A stretch of 30,435 nucleotides of DNA, taken from positions 1 to 30,435 of IMG/VR virus record IMGVR_UViG_3300021085_002364. One strand, 5' to 3'. This document shows positions 9,367-18,185 of the stretch, one piece after another. Made by a program: the position numbers and the translations under genes. The notes under the pieces were generated by a model. That model was not told the DNA's origin and did no database searches. It was given only the letters and a program-made list of their open reading frames with translations. This DNA is from a virus. Taxonomy: Duplodnaviria; Caudoviricetes. The stretch's first letter is position 1. Every line of letters starts with the position of its first letter.

Positions 9367-9395
9367 ATTATAACACCTTAAATTTTTTTTGTCAA
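9367..9395 (-). promoter_or_regulatory. Perfect sigma70 promoter (TTGACA-N17-TATAAT, extended -10) giving a probable leaderless transcript
   Basis: Minus strand: TTGACA (9395-9390), 17-nt spacer ending TGT, TATAAT (9372-9367), then only 5 nt to the ATG at 9361. No SD. Confidence 0.85.
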
Positions 9396-10148
9396 TAATT
9401 TATCTAGTTTATCATAAAAGTAATTTTCAAACAATTTTTTCCATGCCTCAGGAGATGCGTGAAAACCGTCAGCATATATTTTCTTATTTTCATATATAGA
9501 ATTATCATTATAATTATATAATCTTCTTATTCTTGTATCCAGCACATAGTGGGTAATAAGTTCGACGTTATGCATTTTAAATTCATTTTGCACACGTCTG
9601 TCTTTTACAAGATAGTTATCAAAACTAAACCATAGAACCTTATGATTTTTACTTGTTATTAAAGCATTTAATGCTATTATTTTTGAAATAAGATCTTCTT
9701 CCTCTAGTGTTCTAATACTATCTATTTTTAATTTTAGCAAAGATTTTTCAATACGACGATCCCAATTGGTCATTCCTGAATCTAATTTTGATATGTTATA
9801 ATATTCTATAAAAACATTAAACAATTTATAATTCCAAAAATTAGGAAAATTATCTACCATACTCCATGATTTATATTTTATATCTTCTTTACGCTTATAT
9901 TCTTGATAACGTCCTAATTTTGGTATTTCTGCCAAAATTAGAATATTTTCATTTTGATGCTTGTTTATGATGCCATGTATCCTTGGAAAGTAACTTTCTA
10001 TTCCTAGTGCAACTACTCCATAGTTGCACGATCCAACTTCATATCTTTCTGCAACTAGTTCAGAAAATGGATTAAATTCAGGAACTGTATGACTTGTACC
10101 ATGCAGTACTATTTTTTTAAAATTTTCCAAATGCCCAATATCTTTCAT
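9378..10148 (-). CDS. SGNH/GDSL-like hydrolase or O-acyltransferase
   Basis: Block I IVLHGTSHT, block V YADGFHAS (DxxH). The true start may be TTG at about 10130. Confidence 0.6.
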   Translation of the reverse strand: MKDIGHLENFKKIVLHGTSHTVPEFNPFSELVAERYEVGSCNYGVVALGIESYFPRIHGIINKHQNENILILAEIPKLGRYQEYKRKEDIKYKSWSMVDNFPNFWNYKLFNVFIEYYNISKLDSGMTNWDRRIEKSLLKLKIDSIRTLEEEDLISKIIALNALITSKNHKVLWFSFDNYLVKDRRVQNEFKMHNVELITHYVLDTRIRRLYNYNDNSIYENKKIYADGFHASPEAWKKLFENYFYDKLDKLLTKKI

Positions 10149-10785
10149 GACACCACCAACAATCGCCGCATACTGTAGAATAGTTATTTGTTACATTTGC
10201 CAATCCTTCACAACTGCGTGTAAGAGGCAACAGAGTATCTACTAGTTTATGCTTTTTATATATTTTGGCTAATTGATCCTTAGTCATTTGTCCCCAGGGT
10301 CTGTACTGAGGAGGTATTTTTTTATTATCATGCACCATTTCCATAAAAATTTTAAACCCATCTTGTCGTTTTTTTACAGGACATGTTTCTACAATATCAA
10401 TAATTTTGCCGTTTAATTCTATGGTAGCATCTTTAGTAGGCGCCATACTTGTTGCATTCATTTGTAAATCTATATTATGCAGTTTATATATTTCAAGTTG
10501 TGCTTCAGTAAAATAATCTGGCTCGGGCAATTCATAGTAATAAACATGATGTTTTTTTATTAAAGATGTTTTGAAGTACCCAACAATAAATCTAATAACA
10601 CCTTGTGCAACTTGGGGGTTCCAATTATCTTTACGTGCATGTCCTAATGTTAATACATGTACATTTTTATCTTTTACGTTGTTTTCTTCAAGTGTTCGTA
10701 TTAGTTCAAATAACATAATAGAACTATCAGCTCCACCGCTGCAATTAACTAAAATGTTATTGTAATCTTTTACAATATCAAACAT
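10117..10785 (-). CDS. QueC-like PP-loop ATPase (7-cyano-7-deazaguanine synthase family) #1
   Basis: NCSGGADSS PP-loop; TRSC-x13-CGDCWWCHER Zn motif. Confidence 0.8.
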   Translation of the reverse strand: MFDIVKDYNNILVNCSGGADSSIMLFELIRTLEENNVKDKNVHVLTLGHARKDNWNPQVAQGVIRFIVGYFKTSLIKKHHVYYYELPEPDYFTEAQLEIYKLHNIDLQMNATSMAPTKDATIELNGKIIDIVETCPVKKRQDGFKIFMEMVHDNKKIPPQYRPWGQMTKDQLAKIYKKHKLVDTLLPLTRSCEGLANVTNNYSTVCGDCWWCHERYWAFGKF

Positions 10786-11512
10786 CTATTTCTCCTAATC
10801 TTAATTTAATTGTTGGAATTATGTATTCCTTTAACACTTTTTTTTGCCAATATATATTCATATGTACACCATCATTTGACCAAGATTTTACCCTTCTAGG
10901 ATTGTAATGCTGTTTAAGTTTGATAAGATGATATACACTTTTTATATCAGGATGATCATTAGGCAAATGTGTACCATTGTGAACAGTCCAGCATATATCA
11001 ATAACATTGGCCATTTGACATATTTTTCTAGCATAATGTAAATCAATACAGGCAACCGTACCTGCTGCCATGTCATCGTGAAGAATTTGATTTACATCGC
11101 TCCATATTTTAAATTTAGGTTTTGGCACGTAATCTACATTTTTATGGTCAATCGAGGTGGTATAAATCGTTCCTTCATGCCATAAAGGACTATAAGATAT
11201 CATATAATCTTTTTTCAAGCGTTCAAAGTTTACATTTGGGCTAGACGGTGTAGGCCAATACGGACCGTTGTATATATAACGGGTTCCTCTATTCACAATT
11301 CCTTCAATTAACACTGCATCTACTTTGTAATCTTCAACCAAATGCATTATACGATTAGCATACAATTCACTTCCTCGTCCAGGCATTGCTTTACATATAA
11401 ATTCATGTTCTGGCATCATTTCATTTAATTGTTCATAAAGTCTAGGCGTCAGCTTTACATCTTTTCCATTATATCCATAACTATGACTACTACCAACAAT
11501 TCCAATTTTCAT
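10778..11512 (-). CDS. SGNH/GDSL-like hydrolase or O-acyltransferase
   Basis: MKIGIVGSSHSYG (block I), AMPGRGS (block II), NDGVHMN (block V). Confidence 0.65.
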   Translation of the reverse strand: MKIGIVGSSHSYGYNGKDVKLTPRLYEQLNEMMPEHEFICKAMPGRGSELYANRIMHLVEDYKVDAVLIEGIVNRGTRYIYNGPYWPTPSSPNVNFERLKKDYMISYSPLWHEGTIYTTSIDHKNVDYVPKPKFKIWSDVNQILHDDMAAGTVACIDLHYARKICQMANVIDICWTVHNGTHLPNDHPDIKSVYHLIKLKQHYNPRRVKSWSNDGVHMNIYWQKKVLKEYIIPTIKLRLGEIDV

Positions 11513-12198
11513 TCTTTATATTTCTCCGTTATCATGTCATAAACGTTTTTTGCTAACACTTCATTACCTGCAGGTGTAAAATGATAGCCTTCATCTAAAA
11601 CATATTCATTCTTAAACTTTATTGTATCTTCTATGCACGGATTGTTTAAATGCCTTGATTGTTCAAACCAAGAAAATGTAACATGCTTTCCTTTGAAGTT
11701 ATTCAATACAGCATCTCCTGCTAATAAAAAAGCCTTATCTTGTTCCCAAAAAATATCTGGATGGATATACTTAAAAAACATATTGTGAATTTTTGAGCTA
11801 GTGCTGCTATCATATAATCTGCCTTTTCCTATTGTTGACAAAGTAAAAATTTGACAATCTTTTTTAAAAGTGTTTCTGTTTATCAAGTAATAGTTTTCAC
11901 CCGGTTTTTGTACAGCATGCCTTACCAAGGCTTTATTTTCTAATTTTTTTTGCATGTTGTATGCAAAAAATCTATTCTGTGTTGTAATTTGTCTTACTAC
12001 AATATCTGGTTTAAAATAACTAATTGCTTGATCCATAAATCTATAAGTTAAATAATTACTACCGCCGCCAATACCTAAATTGTATACAGTAGCATTTGGA
12101 AAATATTGTAATAATTTATAAGGATAGGTGTCTTTATAAGACATAATACCATCTACCCAACCATCTGTATAACTACAACCTACACAAACTATTTTCAT
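11509..12198 (-). CDS. SGNH/GDSL-like hydrolase or O-acyltransferase
   Basis: MKIVCVGCSYTDG, YNLGIGGGSN, DEGYHFTPAGNEVLA. Confidence 0.75.
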   Translation of the reverse strand: MKIVCVGCSYTDGWVDGIMSYKDTYPYKLLQYFPNATVYNLGIGGGSNYLTYRFMDQAISYFKPDIVVRQITTQNRFFAYNMQKKLENKALVRHAVQKPGENYYLINRNTFKKDCQIFTLSTIGKGRLYDSSTSSKIHNMFFKYIHPDIFWEQDKAFLLAGDAVLNNFKGKHVTFSWFEQSRHLNNPCIEDTIKFKNEYVLDEGYHFTPAGNEVLAKNVYDMITEKYKE

Positions 12199-13230
12199 TT
12201 ATATACCACACTTTTCTGTACATAAAGGCAATAATCTATTTGAAAAGTTATCTTCTAAATCTTCTTCATAAAATTTATGATTTAATATTTCAAAAATATT
12301 ATAATAATTCAAATTATTAAAATTACTGCCGTATTCACTTATTCTTTCGTCAAGCCAGACAAAACGTCTCCGGTCATTTGCTCTGCCAGTATGCATACTA
12401 AAGTAACAACAAGGCCATACTTCTCCCATTTGATTTATTTGTATTCTAGCATCTTTCATCCACGGACAAACAGGTTTAGAAACCTGTGTACTATTGCTAG
12501 TTTTTTTATCATTATTTTTAATTTCATCTTCTGACCATTCAACATCTTTACGTAGATTATCTACAGTTTGTTTATTAGGAGACGTAATTAATCCAGCAGG
12601 CATTCCTTTGTACTCAACAACAGGTATACTTGTATCAAAACTTCTATTTAGACTAAATGCAATAAACCCCATTTCTTTTGCTAGATTACTTGCTTCGTGT
12701 AATTGATGTAAATTATGATCAAATACAATCATACGCCATCTAGCAGGACCTCCTGCATCTATATATGCTTTAGCATTTTTCATAATATCGTTAAAGTCAA
12801 CACCTCGTCTATATATGTGATTTGTATCTTCTAATCCATCGATACTAAATGTAACTACACTTCCAGGAAATTTCTTTACAATGTTTGCTAAAGAAATCCA
12901 AAAGTCCTCAGATCTTGCTCCGCCATTAGTGTGGATATTTAATCTAACATTTTGGTTAGGTTTATCATATAACAATTCTAACATTTCAACAAATTTTGGA
13001 TGACTTGATATGTCGCCAAAATTACCATTAAAACTAATCTTTTCTAATTTAGTTTTATCAGCAAAATCACAAACTTGCTGCCAAACATTCCAACTGATAT
13101 GTTGCAATTTTACTAAAGGATTAACTGTACCGCCTTTAATATTTCTTACACATGCACCACAAAAACTATTACAATAACTTGTAATATCTATTTGTATTTC
13201 AAAAATATTAAAAGGATTTATTACATTCAT
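12199..13230 (-). CDS. Radical SAM enzyme with C-terminal Twitch/SPASM domain, type B
   Basis: DITSYCNSFCGAC, GNFGD, TNGG, FSIDG, YRRG; C-terminal CPW...GEVWPCC...CTEKC. Confidence 0.9.
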   Translation of the reverse strand: MNVINPFNIFEIQIDITSYCNSFCGACVRNIKGGTVNPLVKLQHISWNVWQQVCDFADKTKLEKISFNGNFGDISSHPKFVEMLELLYDKPNQNVRLNIHTNGGARSEDFWISLANIVKKFPGSVVTFSIDGLEDTNHIYRRGVDFNDIMKNAKAYIDAGGPARWRMIVFDHNLHQLHEASNLAKEMGFIAFSLNRSFDTSIPVVEYKGMPAGLITSPNKQTVDNLRKDVEWSEDEIKNNDKKTSNSTQVSKPVCPWMKDARIQINQMGEVWPCCYFSMHTGRANDRRRFVWLDERISEYGSNFNNLNYYNIFEILNHKFYEEDLEDNFSNRLLPLCTEKCGI

Positions 13231-14366
13231 TACTCTAGGTGACCTTCCATCACTTTATTATAATTGTCTATGTATTTGCTTTTAGGCGCACAAAGGCCGC
13301 AACCACATGTGTGCTTTGGACAAATAATTGTTGGTAATGTATTTGTACTAAGTTTGTGTTTTAGGTCTGCTAATATTTTATCGCCTTCGCTAATTTTACC
13401 AATTGGACCTCGTGTTTGGTCAAAACGTGCTTGACATGTCTGATGATGGAAAACACTATCAGTTTGTTGTTCTAAATGTAAAAAGAAATAGTTTACACTA
13501 CAATGCCAACCTTTAAATTCTCTTAGATCAACAAACGTGCTTTTTCTACTTTTGCCTTTCAAACTTAGACACATTTCTCTACTACCGCAACACGGTCTAC
13601 CGATTGTCATGCCTAGTTTTTTCTTTTCACTGGTCTTTTCTCCGGCATTGCTAAGTTGTGCTGCTTCTTCTTGTGTTTCGTTTAATTCTGCATTTTTATA
13701 TGTCCAGTAATTTTTCATGTAATCTAATTGTTCATCAGTGTACATATGCGCAAAATTACTTTTACTGTCAGGCTCTTCTCCAATGATTCTTGGAACATAC
13801 TTTACACCTATGTTGTGTAGATAATCACATAAATCTTTACATTCATCAAAGTATGCTGCATGAAACATTACATTACAACTAATGCTAAAATCTGCATCAT
13901 GAAACTGTTTTATTCTATCACGTACTTGCTGTTTTAATTTTTGATCACTTTCTGCATGATAACTAACAGTTATATGTCCTAAGTTTTCCATTACAGCATC
14001 GGCCATTTTAGCACTCATTGCTCCGTTACTGGTAAGAGCAAACCCGCAATCCCATTTATCTTTATAATTTGCTTCGTATTGTTCTCTTAAATATTTTACA
14101 AAAGGAATAAAGTTTGGATTTACTGTTGGTTCTCCTCCAGTAAAACTTATGCTAGTATGTTTGTAACTTCTTTTCTCCATATAAGCATCAATATATTCGA
14201 AAAGAAAATCAACTGCACCTTTAAGTTCTTCTATACTTGCATGAGGACTAAAATTATCATGTCTATGTGCTGGGCAGTAACTACAATCATAATTACAACG
14301 TCTGCCTAAATCCCAAGTAACTTGGAATACTTTACCTGTAAGTAGGTCAACTGTATCAAAACTCAT
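13230..14366 (-). CDS. Radical SAM enzyme with C-terminal Cys-rich domain, type C
   Basis: WDLGRRCNYDCSYC, TGGEPT, TSNG, SYH; C-terminal PCC...FKGWHC...TC...CPKHTCGCGLC. Confidence 0.9.
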   Translation of the reverse strand: MSFDTVDLLTGKVFQVTWDLGRRCNYDCSYCPAHRHDNFSPHASIEELKGAVDFLFEYIDAYMEKRSYKHTSISFTGGEPTVNPNFIPFVKYLREQYEANYKDKWDCGFALTSNGAMSAKMADAVMENLGHITVSYHAESDQKLKQQVRDRIKQFHDADFSISCNVMFHAAYFDECKDLCDYLHNIGVKYVPRIIGEEPDSKSNFAHMYTDEQLDYMKNYWTYKNAELNETQEEAAQLSNAGEKTSEKKKLGMTIGRPCCGSREMCLSLKGKSRKSTFVDLREFKGWHCSVNYFFLHLEQQTDSVFHHQTCQARFDQTRGPIGKISEGDKILADLKHKLSTNTLPTIICPKHTCGCGLCAPKSKYIDNYNKVMEGHLE

Positions 14367-15679
14367 TATATATAATCCTTAAATATAGGTTCTACGTCTA
14401 ACAAACTCTCTGCTCTAATTTTGTCTAATGCAGAAGTATAATTTTTAAAATAATCCCAATGCTCATTATAGTAACTTTCGCTAGTCATATAACTTACTAC
14501 ACTGTTTCTTATGTCTTTTGCCTTTGTTTTTGTATTATCTGGTAAATCTGTATCTTCTATCCAGTCTACAAAATTATCAAAATTTGTTACAATCTGTTTT
14601 TTTAAATCATCTGGCAACACTCTAATATTTAAGTGTTTAGGATGATGTGCCATATGGAATGTGATAATAGGTTTTCCTTTAAAGCAATTTAGTTTTTTAA
14701 AACCACTCTCTGTTAGTTTCCATTTCATAAAATCAATCATATGGTTTACGTTATATGCTGTAACTGTAAAGGCGAGCCATCCCATTATGTTAGGTGGCGA
14801 CCTGTCTAATGTATATAGATTTTTTAAAAGTTTATTCCATTTTGCGGGATTTCTTTGGTATTCTAAAACTTTACCGTATCCATCTATACTTGCACCAACT
14901 CTAACTTGTTTAAATTTTTTCCACAAATCAATTACTCTAGGTGGCAATGTACTCATATTTGTATTATATTCAACAATAATATTTTTTGCACTATCAGTAT
15001 CAATGCAATGTTGTAAAAAATCATAGTGTCTATCTATTAACATTGGTTCACCGCCTGCAAAATAAACATGTTCAATGTTTTGCACATTATTATACAATTG
15101 GTTCCAAAAACTGTCATTATTTACCCAATTATAGGCATCGGATACAAGTTTGTTTCCTTTACGATATATCTTTACTTCACCGCTGGTTTCTTTATAAGTA
15201 GTTTTACCTGTAAGTTTTTCCCAATCTTCATACCAAGTATCGCTATCAGTTGGACCGCACATTCTACATTTTAGATTACAAAAATTACCAAATCGCAAAT
15301 CATAATATTGTACAGGATTTATATCAGTATCAATTTCGCCTAAATTGTTTGTAATTTTTTGTGCTTTTTGTAATGTAAAATCTGGCCAATTTTTTTCTTC
15401 ATATAGACGTCTGCTGCTTAGTCCATTTTCTTCTTCATTCCGACAGCGGCCGCACTCTTCACTCCACTTACCTGATAACATATTTAATCTTACATTTTTT
15501 ATTAAATCTGCATTACGTGCTTCGTTTAAATTATCAACGCCAACATTATATGCAGTACCATCCGACTTTCTAATTACACCTTGATTTTTTGTAATGTTTG
15601 CCTGACAGCATATACGTATATCTCCATTAGATCTAGCTGCTTGAAATATCCACGGTATAGGGCAAAATGTATCAGACAT
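14366..15679 (-). CDS. Radical SAM enzyme with N-terminal Twitch-like domain, type A
   Basis: N-terminal CPIPW...GDIRICC...CGRC; core RFGNFCNLKCRMC, AGGEP, YNTN, SIDG. ATG at 15679 overlaps the upstream TGA. Confidence 0.9.
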   Translation of the reverse strand: MSDTFCPIPWIFQAARSNGDIRICCQANITKNQGVIRKSDGTAYNVGVDNLNEARNADLIKNVRLNMLSGKWSEECGRCRNEEENGLSSRRLYEEKNWPDFTLQKAQKITNNLGEIDTDINPVQYYDLRFGNFCNLKCRMCGPTDSDTWYEDWEKLTGKTTYKETSGEVKIYRKGNKLVSDAYNWVNNDSFWNQLYNNVQNIEHVYFAGGEPMLIDRHYDFLQHCIDTDSAKNIIVEYNTNMSTLPPRVIDLWKKFKQVRVGASIDGYGKVLEYQRNPAKWNKLLKNLYTLDRSPPNIMGWLAFTVTAYNVNHMIDFMKWKLTESGFKKLNCFKGKPIITFHMAHHPKHLNIRVLPDDLKKQIVTNFDNFVDWIEDTDLPDNTKTKAKDIRNSVVSYMTSESYYNEHWDYFKNYTSALDKIRAESLLDVEPIFKDYI

Positions 15680-16824
15680 CAAAATAACTCCGGTGTAATT
15701 AGTTTTTCTATTTTATTCCATAATTCGTAATTTTTATCCATCCAATGTTCTGCACGTATTTTATTTAACTGAGCATCATTTCTTACAAACAAACCAAAAT
15801 CTCCTTCAACATTCATTTCATTACGTAGTAAATTGAATATTTTTTTATATCTAATATCATACTTACTAGATATGCTATCAATATATTCTTTCATCCACGA
15901 TTTTAATTGTTCAGGCATATTTCTTGGCTGCATCCACTTAGGTCCGTCGACTACAACACATTCATGCCAGAGACCTTGTTCTGCACAAAAGTCAATTATT
16001 TCATGTAATTTATTTACGTTGTAAATACTAATTGCACTGTGTACATTTATATTGTCAAAATGTTGTTTATACCATTGAATATTGTTATATACATTTGTCC
16101 ACTCGCTATCCTTGCGTAAAAAGTCATTTAATGTGCCATAACTATCAATACTTAGATCAATGTTTACTTTATTACACTGCTTGAGCAGAGATAACAATTC
16201 TTCATCGGGTAGTATACTAACATTTGTGACCAATAGTATTGTAATATTTTCAAGTGTACACTTGTTTAGAACTTTTTTTAATTTAGCCTGCTCCATCATA
16301 GGTTCGCCACCTAACACTTTAATAAAACGTAGATCACTTAAATCATAATCGTCTACAATTGTATTATCTGTGACAACACCACGAGGTATTTCCATGCCTA
16401 ATTTTTTTGCATCGCTGTACCAATGTGTGCTTAATGATGGCATACACATTCTGCACTTGTTATTGCACACATTTGATAGTGCTAAATCTATATTTGTAAG
16501 TTTTTTTACTTTGCCTCTGCCTTCTTCAACAGTAGGAAGTCCAAAATCGCCAGTCCACGGTGCAACTAGATCGGTTCGCATACTCCTAGCACTGTGTTTT
16601 TCGTCTTCATAACACTTTCGACACCCATGCACATACTCATCATTGAGCATTTTTTGCCTTAGATAGTTCATGTACTCATGATTAAACGGATCAGGATGTG
16701 ATACGTTCAAGTCTTTTGGAACATCGTCTTGATCAAACACACAACAAGGAAATATTTGCCCATCCGGACGCATTGCCATGTGATGAAACGGCATTACACA
16801 AGCATGTTTTGGTAATTTACTCAT
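15679..16824 (-). CDS. Radical SAM enzyme with N-terminal Twitch-like domain, type A
   Basis: CVMPF...GQIFPCC...CRKC; SNVCNNKCRMC, LGGEP, VTN, SIDS. Confidence 0.9.
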   Translation of the reverse strand: MSKLPKHACVMPFHHMAMRPDGQIFPCCVFDQDDVPKDLNVSHPDPFNHEYMNYLRQKMLNDEYVHGCRKCYEDEKHSARSMRTDLVAPWTGDFGLPTVEEGRGKVKKLTNIDLALSNVCNNKCRMCMPSLSTHWYSDAKKLGMEIPRGVVTDNTIVDDYDLSDLRFIKVLGGEPMMEQAKLKKVLNKCTLENITILLVTNVSILPDEELLSLLKQCNKVNIDLSIDSYGTLNDFLRKDSEWTNVYNNIQWYKQHFDNINVHSAISIYNVNKLHEIIDFCAEQGLWHECVVVDGPKWMQPRNMPEQLKSWMKEYIDSISSKYDIRYKKIFNLLRNEMNVEGDFGLFVRNDAQLNKIRAEHWMDKNYELWNKIEKLITPELF

Positions 16825-17371
16825 ACCATCTTTCCGGTTGCATAGGATCGATACTTAATTCATTGATATTAAAATGCGCAGGCTGATCAACAATCCATTT
16901 AATGTAGCTCGCAGCTACATTTATATCCATAGTTTTTCTATCAGGATGCTTTTCTTGATTATTACTTAATGTGCCAAAACTAATATACGAGATTTTTGGT
17001 CCACTTGCCCATACACCAGTAAGTCCTAAAGTGTTTGAATAGTCACGTAATGCTTTCTTTTCGGCGTTGTATAACCAAGCACCGCCTTTTTTAACACGAT
17101 CAGTAGTACTACCTATGTTAATAATATGACAGTTATGTTTTTCTAATATACATTTTTTATACACAATATCTAATAGACTTGTTTGATTAAATCTAAACAA
17201 TGCACTACAATTAATAAAAACATCATGCGCTAGTACTGCTTCTGCACAGCGTTCCATATCTAACTTTTTGCCAAAGTCATAGCCAGTACTTCTACTAATA
17301 AATTCTGCTTCTGGATATAGTTTATAAAGTGCAGCCGAAACGCCTACATCCTTGTTACCTGTTATAATCAT
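16817..17371 (-). CDS. Short-chain dehydrogenase/reductase (compact, atypical Gly motif)
   Basis: IITGNKDVGV, FINCSA, IINIGS, catalytic YNAEK (YxxxK), C-terminal INELSI. Confidence 0.8.
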   Translation of the reverse strand: MIITGNKDVGVSAALYKLYPEAEFISRSTGYDFGKKLDMERCAEAVLAHDVFINCSALFRFNQTSLLDIVYKKCILEKHNCHIINIGSTTDRVKKGGAWLYNAEKKALRDYSNTLGLTGVWASGPKISYISFGTLSNNQEKHPDRKTMDINVAASYIKWIVDQPAHFNINELSIDPMQPERWYE

Positions 17372-18185
17372 TTATTTCCTTTATTATATTTACTACACGT
17401 TTATTTGCCCAGGCACGTTCTTCGCACCACCAGCATTGTTTGCATTCTGGTATAAACATTCCGGCACTATAATCCTTAAAATGTCCGCAGGCTTCTTTTA
17501 TTACATCGTGATGATTGATATCGCCTTCACAACTGCGTGTTGTTTCATACAAATCTAGTATATTGTGTATGTAATACTGTGCAACAATCCAATCCTTTTT
17601 TACAAATCTAAAAGGATGCACAAATGTAGCATTTACTTTGCCGCTGTAAAACCACAAGTCAGACATTGTGCCATCCTCAGCATCTCTGTCTCTATTAGTC
17701 ATACGATCTTCACGCAAGTCATCTGGGTTTTTACTAGTAGCATTGTATACTGCATCTAAGTTGTATTCCCATGCAGAAAATTTGTTAAAACTACCAACAA
17801 TAATTTGATCTCCGCTGCGTCCGTTAATTACAGGACCAATAACTCCGTGTTCTAATTCTGGCGGAATGTATGTTGTATACCTGTTTTCAATAATGTAAGG
17901 AAACAAGTCTTTTAATTTGTTAAAAACTTGCATAGAAATATGGCCTTGCCACGGTCTTGTTTCCCAACAACGTTGATATGTGATAACATCTACTTTTGTA
18001 GGCAAATTATATCTTTGTATCATACTACAAAGTAAGTATGTCAATAATGCACTATCAGCACCGCCGGAAAGATTAATGCCAATGCGTTGCCATTTTTCAT
18101 CTAAAGGAATACTTAGATGCGACACAGTATGAAGCAAAATATTGTCAGCAATATTTTTATATAGACTATTGTTTACTTCATACAT
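17355..18185 (-). CDS. QueC-like PP-loop ATPase #2
   Basis: NLSGGADSA; HPF...K; TRSC-x28-CKQCWWCEER. Confidence 0.8.
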   Translation of the reverse strand: MYEVNNSLYKNIADNILLHTVSHLSIPLDEKWQRIGINLSGGADSALLTYLLCSMIQRYNLPTKVDVITYQRCWETRPWQGHISMQVFNKLKDLFPYIIENRYTTYIPPELEHGVIGPVINGRSGDQIIVGSFNKFSAWEYNLDAVYNATSKNPDDLREDRMTNRDRDAEDGTMSDLWFYSGKVNATFVHPFRFVKKDWIVAQYYIHNILDLYETTRSCEGDINHHDVIKEACGHFKDYSAGMFIPECKQCWWCEERAWANKRVVNIIKEINDYNR

